Under the pieces are notes generated by a model. That model had not been told where the DNA came from. It searched no databases and worked only from the letters and a program-made list of their open reading frames with translations. DNA of 63,478 nt, counting the filler, from Deltaproteobacteria bacterium (lineage in GTDB: Bacteria; Myxococcota; JACRCW01), in assembly GCA_016218805.1 (NCBI GenBank). It is 4 parts of 4 records of this genome, joined end to end, with 100 filler letters (N's around TTAATTAATTAA, not from the genome) between each part and the next. Parts side by side here need not be neighbours in the genome. Positions count along the whole stretch, not along the records: positions 1 to 29,181 come from JACRCW010000005.1; 3 more parts are not named here. One strand, written 5' to 3'. A program made the translations under genes and the position numbers. Below are positions 17,826-26,841 of this stretch, in pieces (within the stretch, counting starts at the first letter, position 1; every line of letters starts with the position of its first letter).

Positions 17826-19157
17826 GTGTTCCTCTCCCTGCTCATGTTGCTGGGTACCGCGTCCGCGGCGGCGCCGGTGTTCCCGTACGCGTACCAGGAA
17901 GTCACCCTGCGCAACGGGCTCACGCTGGTGATGGTGCCGCGGCCAGGCACGGGCCTGGTGGCGTACAACACGCTGGTGCGCGCAGGCGCGCGCAACGAAG
18001 TGGAACCCGGCCGCTCAGGGTTTGCGCACTTCTTTGAGCACATGATGTTCCGCGGCACGCCCAGCGTCTCCGCAGAGCAATACGCACAGGTCATCCGGCA
18101 GCACGGCGCGTCCAACAACGCCTACACCGACGACGATCTGACGCTGTTCACGACGGCGGGGCGCGCGGAGGGGCTGCCGGACTTCATCCGCCTGGAGGCG
18201 GACCGGTTCCAGAACCTGCGCTATGCGCGGGATGGGTTTGAAACGGAAGCCGCCGCGGTGCTGGGCGAATACCTCAAGGAGAAGTCCAGCCCGGGGCCCG
18301 CGCTGTGGGAGGCGCTGCGCCGCACCGCGTTCACCCGCCACAGCTACCGGCACCCGGTGATCGGCTTTGAGGACGACATCCGCGCCATGCCACGCGCGTA
18401 CGAGTACGGAAAGTCGTTCTTTCGCAACTACTACACGCCGGACAATTGCGTGGTGATCATTGTTGGGGATTTTGATCCCGCGGCGGCGCGCGCGCTGGTG
18501 GAGCGGGAGTACGGTCCGTGGAAGGGACGCGCCGTGCTGCCGCGCACGGAGCGCGAGCCCCCGCAGCACGAGGAGCGGCGCGTGTTGGTGCAATGGGCGC
18601 AGCCCGCGCGCCCGCGCGCGCTGTGGGCCTGGCACGTGCCCGCCGCCACGCCGGCCACGCTGGCGGAGAGTGCCACGGCGGGGGTGGTGGCGGACCTGGT
18701 GTTTGGGCCCACCAGCCCGCTGTACCAGGACCTGGTCCTGCACCGGCAGTGGTGCAACAACCTCTACGCGCTCTACCAGGAGCACCGCGACCCGAACCTG
18801 CTGGTGCTGTCCCTGCTCCTGCGGGACGCGGCCCGCGCGGACGACGTGGAAGCCGCGGTGGAGGCGGAGCTGCGGCGCGTGACGGAGGAAGGCGTCCCCG
18901 AGGCGCGCCTGCAGGCGGTCAAGAGCCACGCTCGCTACGCGCTGCTGGCCAGCCTGGAGAAGGAGGAGGTCATTGCCGACACGCTGGCCAACGAGATCCA
19001 CCTCACCGGGAAGCTGCGCTCCATGGAGGAACGCTTTGCGGCGCGCGCGGCGGTGAGCGTGGAGGATGTGCGGTCCTTTGTGGGGCGCTACCTGGTGACG
19101 CAGAACCGCACGGTGGCCACGCTGCAGCCCCCTGCGGCCGCCGCGGAGGAGCCGTGA
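17826..19157 (+). CDS. M16 family zinc metallopeptidase, catalytic subunit
   Basis: Signal peptide; GFAHFFEHMMFRG (HxxEH), NAYT, LEADRF and YYTPDN. Confidence 0.9.
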   Translation: MFLSLLMLLGTASAAAPVFPYAYQEVTLRNGLTLVMVPRPGTGLVAYNTLVRAGARNEVEPGRSGFAHFFEHMMFRGTPSVSAEQYAQVIRQHGASNNAYTDDDLTLFTTAGRAEGLPDFIRLEADRFQNLRYARDGFETEAAAVLGEYLKEKSSPGPALWEALRRTAFTRHSYRHPVIGFEDDIRAMPRAYEYGKSFFRNYYTPDNCVVIIVGDFDPAAARALVEREYGPWKGRAVLPRTEREPPQHEERRVLVQWAQPARPRALWAWHVPAATPATLAESATAGVVADLVFGPTSPLYQDLVLHRQWCNNLYALYQEHRDPNLLVLSLLLRDAARADDVEAAVEAELRRVTEEGVPEARLQAVKSHARYALLASLEKEEVIADTLANEIHLTGKLRSMEERFAARAAVSVEDVRSFVGRYLVTQNRTVATLQPPAAAAEEP

Positions 19158-20710
19158 GGAAGACGGCCCTGGTCGCCGCTGTCCTGGTGTGCGCGTGCAC
19201 CGCGGCGCAGCGCGTGGAGCGCGCACCTGCCGCGCCCGCGCCGGTTCCGGACGCCGGCCCGCCGCAACCACCGCCGCCGCCGCCGCCACCGCCGGACCCC
19301 GTCGTCATCGTGCGGCACCAGGACTCCCCCGTGGTGGCCGTACGCCTGCTGTTCCGGGCGGGCAGCGTGGATGATCCCGCCGGACAGGCGGGCGCCACGT
19401 CGTTGGCGGCGGACTGGATGGCGGAGGCCACCCAGGCGCTGGACGCGGCGGCGCTCGCCGAGGCGCTGTTCCCGTGGGCCACATACATCACCACGCGCAC
19501 GGACCGGGAAACCGCCGTGTTTGGCATGAGCGTGCACCGTGACGTGGCCGCGCTGGCCATCCCGCTGCTGTTTGATGTGGTGACGCACCCGCGGCTGGAC
19601 CCGGCGGACCTGGAGCGGCTGCGGCATGACGCCGTGGCTGCGATTGAGAAGGGACTGCGGCGCGCGGACGACGAGGAGCTGGGCTGGGCCGCGTTGCAGC
19701 GGTTCCTGTGGGACGGGCATCCGTACGCGGCGCTGGTGGACGGGCACGTGGGGTCGCTCACGGCGCTGACCGGTGCGCAGTTGCGCGCGCACGCGGCCAG
19801 GGTCTTCACGCGGGCGCGCCTGGTGGCCGGGCTGGGCGGCGGCTTTGATCCGGAAACGGAGAGAATCTTCCGTGTGGCAATTCAACGCATTCCTCCGGGC
19901 GAGGCCTGGGAACCCGTGCCGCTACCGCCCGTGCCGCCGCCGTCCGGCGGGTTGCGCATCCACCTGGTGCAGAAGGACACCGAGTCCACGCCGATCACGC
20001 TGGGGTTCCGGCACGCGCTCACGCGGGCGCACCCGGACTTTGTGCCGCTGATGGTGGCGGTGTCCGCGCTGGGGGAACACCGGCAAATGGGCGGGCGGTT
20101 GTTCCAGCGCATGCGGGAGGAGCGCGGCCTCAACTACGGGAGCTACGCGTACCTGGAGCACTTTGTAGAAGAGGGGGACGGTCCGCAGGCCGCGCTGAAC
20201 ATTCCGTGCCGGCAACACGCGTTTTCGCTGTGGGTGCGCCCCGTGGCGGCGGCGGACCGCGCGTTTGCGCTGCGGCAGGTGCTGCGCGAATGGCGCGCTT
20301 TCGTGAGTGACGGTCTCACGGAGGAGGAGTTCCAGCGCACGCGGGACTTCCTGCGCGGCTACACCCGCCTGGCTGAGCAGGGCGCCCGCCGGCGGCTGGC
20401 GTGGGCCATGGATGATCATCTCAACGGTACGCCGGAGTTCCTGCGCCACGCGCGCATGCGGATGGAGACGCTCACGCGTGATGAGGTGAATGCGGCCATC
20501 CGCCGCCACCTGCAGGCGGAGCACCTGGTGGCCACCCTGCTGGCGCCGGACGCGGAGGCGCTGCGCGCGGCGCTGCTGTCCGGCGCGCCGAGCCAGCGGG
20601 CAAACGTGCCAGCCGCGCTGGCGGAGGAGGATGCGGCCATTGCTGCGTATGACCTGCAACTGGGTCCGGGTGCCCTGACCATCACGCCGGCGGCGGAGCT
20701 GTTCCGCTGA
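19154..20710 (+). CDS. M16 family peptidase, non-catalytic partner subunit (probable lipoprotein)
   Basis: GTGA overlap with the upstream gene, LVCAC signal, AGSVDDPAGQAG, HPY and RLFQRMREERGLNYG. No HxxEH motif. Confidence 0.85.
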   Translation: MRKTALVAAVLVCACTAAQRVERAPAAPAPVPDAGPPQPPPPPPPPPDPVVIVRHQDSPVVAVRLLFRAGSVDDPAGQAGATSLAADWMAEATQALDAAALAEALFPWATYITTRTDRETAVFGMSVHRDVAALAIPLLFDVVTHPRLDPADLERLRHDAVAAIEKGLRRADDEELGWAALQRFLWDGHPYAALVDGHVGSLTALTGAQLRAHAARVFTRARLVAGLGGGFDPETERIFRVAIQRIPPGEAWEPVPLPPVPPPSGGLRIHLVQKDTESTPITLGFRHALTRAHPDFVPLMVAVSALGEHRQMGGRLFQRMREERGLNYGSYAYLEHFVEEGDGPQAALNIPCRQHAFSLWVRPVAAADRAFALRQVLREWRAFVSDGLTEEEFQRTRDFLRGYTRLAEQGARRRLAWAMDDHLNGTPEFLRHARMRMETLTRDEVNAAIRRHLQAEHLVATLLAPDAEALRAALLSGAPSQRANVPAALAEEDAAIAAYDLQLGPGALTITPAAELFR

Positions 20711-20716
20711 CCGTCG

Positions 20717-21496
20717 TCACCCGCGCCGCACCACCACCGCCGTCCCGCGTTCCGCACCCAGCACGCGCGCCGCGTTTCCGTCCCGCACGGCCACTTCCAG
20801 CCAGCCGGAGCTGCCCGCGTAAGCCACGCTTTGTGCCACCGCCACATCGGAGAACGTGCGCGAAATGCCGCGTATCTGGTGCGCACCCACGCACACCACC
20901 ACCGGTTCCCCCACGCGCGGCAGGTCCTCCTCCCGCACGCTGGTGAGCAGGTTCCCAAAGGCATCCACGTGCAGAACTTCACCGCGCAGGGCGTCCCCGG
21001 TGAACACGGCGCGCGGCAAGGGCCGCCGCACCAGCTCCCCGTGCGGGTCACCCAGGTCACTGAGCGGCACACCGCGCCCCAGCGCCGCCGCCACCGGCGC
21101 AAACACGTCCCGCCCGTGGAACGTGGGGCTCACCTGCGGGAGGTGGAAGCGCGCGCGGGTGAGCCGCACCACCGCGCGCGGCGGGTGCGTCTCCAGCACG
21201 GCGGAAAACAGCCCATTGTCCGGCCCCACCAGGAAACCACCGTCGGTGGCCACCGCCACCGCGGGACGCGCGCTGCCCACGCCGGGGTCCACCACCGCCA
21301 CGTGGATGGTGCCCGCGGGGAAGTAGTCGTACGCATCCGCCAGCAGCAGCGCGCCGGTGCGTACGTCCTGCGGGGGCACTTCGTGGGTGAGGTCCACCAG
21401 GGTGGCGCCGGGGCACCCGCCCAGAATCACGCCCTTCATGATGCCCACCCAGGGCTCGCGCGTGCCAAAGTCCGTGAGCAGCGTGATGACGGCCAT
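20717..21496 (-). CDS. SAM hydroxide adenosyltransferase (DUF62; chlorinase/fluorinase superfamily)
   Basis: Motifs ITLLTDFG, VVDPGVGS.R, GPDNG, TFHGRDVFAP, D.FGN and GSSGWLEVAV. Confidence 0.9.
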   Translation of the reverse strand: MAVITLLTDFGTREPWVGIMKGVILGGCPGATLVDLTHEVPPQDVRTGALLLADAYDYFPAGTIHVAVVDPGVGSARPAVAVATDGGFLVGPDNGLFSAVLETHPPRAVVRLTRARFHLPQVSPTFHGRDVFAPVAAALGRGVPLSDLGDPHGELVRRPLPRAVFTGDALRGEVLHVDAFGNLLTSVREEDLPRVGEPVVVCVGAHQIRGISRTFSDVAVAQSVAYAGSSGWLEVAVRDGNAARVLGAERGTAVVVRRG

Positions 21497-21579
21497 TCCG
21501 CCCACCTACCCTCCCCGCCGCCGTGCGGACAATGCGTTCCCGCTCTGCTACGAGCACCTTCCCCGTCCGGGCCCGACCC

Positions 21580-24500
21580 ATGTTGCGCGCCATTGTCGCC
21601 TTCCTGCTCGCCGTTGTGGTCGCCGTGCTGGCGGCCGCGGGGTACGTGGCGTGGAACCTGGAGCGGCTGGTCAACGCGTACCGGGATGACCTGGGCGTGC
21701 GCGCCAGCACCTACCTGGGGCGCACGGTGCAGTTTGGCCCGGTGAACATCACCTGGCAGAACGGGCTGGGCGCGGAGTTCACGCAGATGCGCCTGGCGGG
21801 CGCGGCCGAAGGCGACCCGCAGGCCGCCACGGTGGACCGGCTGCTGCTGCGGCTGGACGTGATGAAGATGGTGCGCACGCGCGGGCGGCGCCTGGAAGTG
21901 AGTGAAGCGGTGCTGGAGGGCGCGCGCATCACGCTGCGCCGCCGGGCGGACGGCACGTGGGACTTCCAGGACGTTGTGCAGAACCTGGCGGGCAAGGCGC
22001 AGCAGGAGGCGGAGCAGAGCACCAAGAGCGCCGGCGAGTACTTCCGCGAACTGGAGATTGCCGGCCTGCGCGTGAAGGACGGCCGCGTCACGGTGCAGGA
22101 TGACGAGCTGGGCCAGCGGTTCTCCGTGGACCACGTGGACGTGGCGGTGTCCACCATCATCCCCGGCCGCAATGTGTCCGGTGACGTGCGCCTGGTGCTG
22201 GACGACGGGAAGACCACCTCGCCGCTGGATGCGCACCTGGAGATCCTGCCGCTGCCAGTGGACCTGGAGTTCACCGACTGGCCCACCGTGCGCAGCCATT
22301 TCAAAGTGGCGCAGGTGGACCTGGGCACGTGGGGACGGCTGCTCCCCTCCAGCGCCATCCGCCCGTCCCAGGGGACACTCAGCGTCAACCTGGAGGCGGA
22401 CATCTCGCCGGATGAAGACCTGGCCAAGATCACCGGCGGGCTGCTGGTGGACAAGCTGCGCATGCTGCAGGGGGACCGCCTGGGCGCGGAGAGCAGCGTG
22501 GGGCTGGACCTGCACATTGACGCGGGCCTGCGGGACCCCACGGTGCGCGTGCACAAGCTGGACGTGCGCGGGCCGGGCCTGGCCATCACCACGCGGCTGG
22601 AGATGGTGGACCGCACCGTAGAAGGAATCCGCGACGCACGGATGGACCTGGAGGTGCAGGACCTCAAGCGCCTTTTGGCGATTCTACCCGAGGGCAGCGG
22701 CGTGCTCCCCAAGGAGCTCGCCCTGGAGGGGCCCTTCAAGGTGGCGGTGCAGGGTGACGCGGAGGAGGGGCACGTTGTGGTGGACCTGGACCGCGCGCGC
22801 GTGGCGTGGGCGGGCGTGCTGGACAAGGGAGCCGGCACGCGGCTCAACCTGGACGTCACCATCAGCCGGCGGCCCGGCGAGATTGAGGTGAGCCCGGTCA
22901 GCCTGCAGCTGGCGGACGCCAACATTGCCGGAGATTTCACGGTGCCCGTGCCGTACCGGGGCCTGTTCCGCGGCCAGTTCACCACCGGCGAGTTGCACCT
23001 GTCCCGCCTGCGCCCGCTGTTTCCCGCCGCGGGCAAGCTGGAGAAGGACGGCATCAAGCTGGACGGCGTGCTCCGCCTCACCGCGCAGGCCGAACCGCGC
23101 GACGGGCAGCAGGCCGTCCAGGCCAACGTGGCGCTGCAGCGGATGGACGTGCGCGTGCCGCGCGTACGGCTCACCGGTGACGGCGCGCTCACGCTGCAGG
23201 ACGCTCCGGACCGGCGGGGTCACCGCGCGGAACTGAGCGGGGACCTCATGTCGCTCGCCGTGGACGTGGTGGATGCGGACGGCGCACCGCTGTTCCGCAA
23301 GCGCCGCGGCGTGCCCGCGGACATCTACGTGGACGTGCTGCAGCAGGGCGGTGAAGTGCGGCTGCGGCAGGCGCAGGTGAACGTGGGTGGGTCCTCCGTG
23401 GTGGCGGAGGGGCTCATCACCGGCGTGGGCACGCCGCAGGTGGGGCTGGACCTGCGCACGCAGCAGCTGTTCCTGGACGTGAACGACGTGCGCGCGCTGG
23501 TGCCGCGGCTGGCGCGCCTGCCGCCGGGCACCGCCGAGGCGCGCGTGGTGGTGAAGGGCAGCCCGCAGCTGCCGCAGGACCTCCGCGTGCTGGTGGATGA
23601 CCTGGAGGTGTCACTGGGGCGCAGCCACGTCTCCGGCGTGGTGGCGTTGCGCGGCACCGCGGACCCGGTGCTGGGCGTGAACCTGGACCCGGTGGCGCTG
23701 GAGTTTGCGGAGCTGTCCCGCGCGTTCCCGGCGGTGCCGCTGCCGCGCCAGGGCCGCCTGCAGGGCAAGGTGTCCGTGACCGGCCGCCCGGCGGATACGC
23801 GCACGCTGCGCATTGCCGTGGACGGGCTGGAGGGCAACGTCTTTGACGTGAACCTGCGCGGGCGCCTGAGCGTGGCCAACCTGCAGGCGCCGGAGTTTGA
23901 CGTGGTGCTGGAGGCGGACCGCATCCAGGTGGAGGACCTGCAGCGCCAGGTGCGCGCGCTCACCGGCTCAAAGCCCGCCGCGCCCCAACCGGCGGAGCCC
24001 GCCGAGGTCAATCCCAACGGGTTGGGCGCCTCCGCGCGCAAGCAGCTGGCGGCCCTCAAGGGCACCGCGGCCCTGCGCGCGGGGCGCGTGACCTGGGACA
24101 AGTACGTGTTTGATGACGTGGACGGCCTGGTCACCCTGCAACGCGGGAACGTCCGCGTGGACCGGCTGACCTGGTCCCTGTACGGCGGCTACTTCAACGC
24201 GGCGGGGTCCGAAGTGCGCCTGGCCAAGGAACTGGCCCGCGAGCGGCTGATCCTCAAGGTGGGGGGACTCAACCTGGGACGCGCGGTGGATGCGCACACC
24301 AACGGCTCCGGGCGCGTTGCCGGCTACGTGGACGCGGATGTTGACCTGGTGGCGCAGGGGCTGCAGGCGCAGGAGATGGTGGATTCGCTGCAGGGACCCA
24401 TCAGCGTGGCCTCCCCGGAGCTGCGCGTGAGCGGCATCAACCTGCTGGGGGAGATGTTCAGCCGCCTCAACGCCATGGCCCCCGTGCCCATCCCCGTGCA

Positions 24501-25386
24501 GGGCTCCATGCTGGACCGGGACCGGCCCACCGCGTTCAGCCAGTTCAGCGTGGACGGACGTTTCAGCGCGCGCCGGTTTGCCACCACGCGGCCGCTCCAG
24601 GCGGATACTGAGTTTGGGACCATCAGCTTTGCCGGCGTGGTCTACATGGATTCGCGGATTGACCTGGTGGGGAGCGCGCGCCTCCAGCCGCAGATCATTG
24701 AGGACGTCACTGAGGGCGCCATCAAGCCGCCGGAGGCGGTGCTGGTGCCGGTGGAGCTGGGCGGCACCTGGGGTGAGCCGCGCGTGACCGGCCTGGATGT
24801 GGCGGCGTTTGCCAAGGGGCTGGGCGTGGCGCGAATGCTGGGCCCGGCGCTGGAGGCCGCGGAGAAGGCGCGGGCGGACCTGGAGGAGCGGTCCCGCGCG
24901 GCGCGTGAAGCGGCGGAGCGCGTGCGTGAGGTGGCCGTGCAGGAGGCGCAGGAGAAAGCAAACGCCGCGGCGCAGGAGGCGGAGGAGCGCGCACGCCAGG
25001 CAGCCGCGGCGGCCAGGCTGGCGGCCACCCACCCCAGCGAAGCTGCGCGCCGCGCCGCCGACGAGGCACGGCGGCAGGCGCTGGAGGCGCAGCGCCGCGC
25101 GGAGGAGGCCCGGAACGTGGCGGTGAACCTGCTGGCGGGTGACGCGCTGATGGAGTCCCGCCGCAAGGCGGAGGAGATGGCGCGCGCCCGGCTGGGAGAC
25201 GCGCAGCAGGACGCGCAGCGCGCGCTGGGGGCCGCGCAGGACGTGGGGAAGGAAGCGCTGGACACCGTCAATGACGCGCGCGCCCAGGCGGACAAGGACG
25301 CCGCGGCCACGCGCGAGCAGCTCAAGCAGAACGCGGAAGCCGCCCGCCAGCGCGCCAAGGAGATGCTGGACAACATGTTCCAATGA
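21580..25386 (+). CDS. Large AsmA-like protein with a charged coiled-coil C-terminal tail
   Basis: N-terminal TM anchor, YLGRTVQFG, LRRRADGTWDF, repetitive beta-strand body, LYGG and VPVELGGTWGEPRV. Ala/Glu/Arg-rich tail. Confidence 0.75.
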   Translation: MLRAIVAFLLAVVVAVLAAAGYVAWNLERLVNAYRDDLGVRASTYLGRTVQFGPVNITWQNGLGAEFTQMRLAGAAEGDPQAATVDRLLLRLDVMKMVRTRGRRLEVSEAVLEGARITLRRRADGTWDFQDVVQNLAGKAQQEAEQSTKSAGEYFRELEIAGLRVKDGRVTVQDDELGQRFSVDHVDVAVSTIIPGRNVSGDVRLVLDDGKTTSPLDAHLEILPLPVDLEFTDWPTVRSHFKVAQVDLGTWGRLLPSSAIRPSQGTLSVNLEADISPDEDLAKITGGLLVDKLRMLQGDRLGAESSVGLDLHIDAGLRDPTVRVHKLDVRGPGLAITTRLEMVDRTVEGIRDARMDLEVQDLKRLLAILPEGSGVLPKELALEGPFKVAVQGDAEEGHVVVDLDRARVAWAGVLDKGAGTRLNLDVTISRRPGEIEVSPVSLQLADANIAGDFTVPVPYRGLFRGQFTTGELHLSRLRPLFPAAGKLEKDGIKLDGVLRLTAQAEPRDGQQAVQANVALQRMDVRVPRVRLTGDGALTLQDAPDRRGHRAELSGDLMSLAVDVVDADGAPLFRKRRGVPADIYVDVLQQGGEVRLRQAQVNVGGSSVVAEGLITGVGTPQVGLDLRTQQLFLDVNDVRALVPRLARLPPGTAEARVVVKGSPQLPQDLRVLVDDLEVSLGRSHVSGVVALRGTADPVLGVNLDPVALEFAELSRAFPAVPLPRQGRLQGKVSVTGRPADTRTLRIAVDGLEGNVFDVNLRGRLSVANLQAPEFDVVLEADRIQVEDLQRQVRALTGSKPAAPQPAEPAEVNPNGLGASARKQLAALKGTAALRAGRVTWDKYVFDDVDGLVTLQRGNVRVDRLTWSLYGGYFNAAGSEVRLAKELARERLILKVGGLNLGRAVDAHTNGSGRVAGYVDADVDLVAQGLQAQEMVDSLQGPISVASPELRVSGINLLGEMFSRLNAMAPVPIPVQGSMLDRDRPTAFSQFSVDGRFSARRFATTRPLQADTEFGTISFAGVVYMDSRIDLVGSARLQPQIIEDVTEGAIKPPEAVLVPVELGGTWGEPRVTGLDVAAFAKGLGVARMLGPALEAAEKARADLEERSRAAREAAERVREVAVQEAQEKANAAAQEAEERARQAAAAARLAATHPSEAARRAADEARRQALEAQRRAEEARNVAVNLLAGDALMESRRKAEEMARARLGDAQQDAQRALGAAQDVGKEALDTVNDARAQADKDAAATREQLKQNAEAARQRAKEMLDNMFQ

Positions 25387-25455
25387 GCCGCGCCCGTGCC
25401 CGCGGCGTGGGTGCATGCCTTGGAACACGGATGAGCGCGGGCTATCGCGTGGCCC

Positions 25456-26727
25456 GTGGCATCCGCTCCGCTCCCGCGCCTGGTCGCCGGCCACTATGAG
25501 CTGCGCCGCCTCATCAGCGAAGGCGGCCAGGGCCGCACCTACGACGCCGTGGACACGCGCACCGGGCGGCGGGCCGCCGTGAAGGTCCTGGCGCTGGGCG
25601 AAGTGAAGCAGTGGAAGGAGCTGGACCTGTTCCGCCGCGAAGGCCGCGTGCTGGGAGGCCTGGAGCACGCCGGCATCCCGCGCTTCCTGGACGAAGCGCG
25701 CAGCGACGACGGCACCGAGGCGTACCTGGTGATGGAGTTCGTGGAGGGGGAGACGCTGCGCGCCCGCGTGGAGGCGTCCGGGCCGCTGCGCGAGAACGAG
25801 TTGTGGAGCGTGCTGTGGCAGGCCGCGGCCATCCTGGAATACCTGCACGCGCGCCGCCCGCCCATTGTCCACCGGGACATCAAGCCCGCCAACCTGATGA
25901 TGCGCCCGGACGGGAAGCTGGTGCTGGTGGACTTTGGTGTGGTCCAGCACGAAGCGCCCGTGGCCGGCGTGGACCGCACCTTTGTGGGCACCTGGGGCTT
26001 CATGGCGCCCGAGCAGTTCCACGGGGAGGCGTCCCCGGCCACGGACGTCTTTGCGCTGGGCGCCACGCTGTTGTCACTGGCGTGCGGCCGGCCCCCGGAG
26101 GAACTCCCGCACGAGGACGGCGGCCTGCGCTTCAAGCTGGATGACATCTCCCTGCCGGACGCGCTGCGCGACGTCATCCGCGCCATGACCGAGCCCGAGC
26201 CGGCCCGGCGTCCGCGCGATGGCGCCGAACTGGTGGCGCTGCTGCAGGCGCGCACGGCGGCGGCGCCCGCGCAGCCCGCCCCAGAGGCGGAGGCGGACGG
26301 TCTCCCCGCGCTCCAGGCGGACGGCCTGCCACCCCCCATGCGGCTGGCCACCGGCGTGCTGTTGTCCGTGGTGGGAATGCTGGGCTTTGTGGGGCTGACG
26401 GTGCTGCGCGTGGTGCTCCTGCCGTTCATCTTCATGGTGCTGCGCGGCGTGGGGAAGACGCGCCTCACCGCGGAGCGCGAACGCGCCATCCTGGACGCGG
26501 TGGGCGCAGGCGCACGTGGCTTCCAGCAGCTGGCACGCGGCGGCTTTGAAGAGGCCAAACAGGGGCAGCGCGCGCTGGAGGCGGAGGGCCGCGCCGAGCA
26601 GGGCGGCCGCCGCCTTCCGCCGGGTGTGCGCCAGCGGCAGGTGGAGGAGGCCTGGCGCAAGGATGAGGAGCGCCGCCGCGCCGCCGCCGCCGCACGGGCG
26701 CGCACGCAGACCCGCGGCCGGCGGTAG
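25456..26727 (+). CDS. Hanks-type Ser/Thr protein kinase with C-terminal hydrophobic segment
   Basis: Motifs EGGQGRTY, AVK, HRDIKPAN, DFG, GTWGFMAPEQ and DVFALG. Confidence 0.92.
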   Translation: MASAPLPRLVAGHYELRRLISEGGQGRTYDAVDTRTGRRAAVKVLALGEVKQWKELDLFRREGRVLGGLEHAGIPRFLDEARSDDGTEAYLVMEFVEGETLRARVEASGPLRENELWSVLWQAAAILEYLHARRPPIVHRDIKPANLMMRPDGKLVLVDFGVVQHEAPVAGVDRTFVGTWGFMAPEQFHGEASPATDVFALGATLLSLACGRPPEELPHEDGGLRFKLDDISLPDALRDVIRAMTEPEPARRPRDGAELVALLQARTAAAPAQPAPEAEADGLPALQADGLPPPMRLATGVLLSVVGMLGFVGLTVLRVVLLPFIFMVLRGVGKTRLTAERERAILDAVGAGARGFQQLARGGFEEAKQGQRALEAEGRAEQGGRRLPPGVRQRQVEEAWRKDEERRRAAAAARARTQTRGRR

Positions 26728-26841
26728 GCCGCCACGCTGTGCGCCCGGCGGGACCGCAGGGGCCCACCCACATCGCCGCGCTTGTGCAACGGGCGCTCCG
26801 CAACCCAGACTTGCGCGGCACCCATCAGGTTCGGAGGTTCC

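Noticed and set aside
20717..21496. Fluorinase/chlorinase implying halometabolite biosynthesis
   Set aside because: It has the DUF62 hydrolase-type motifs (DPGVGS.R, TFHGRD) and no biosynthetic cluster context.
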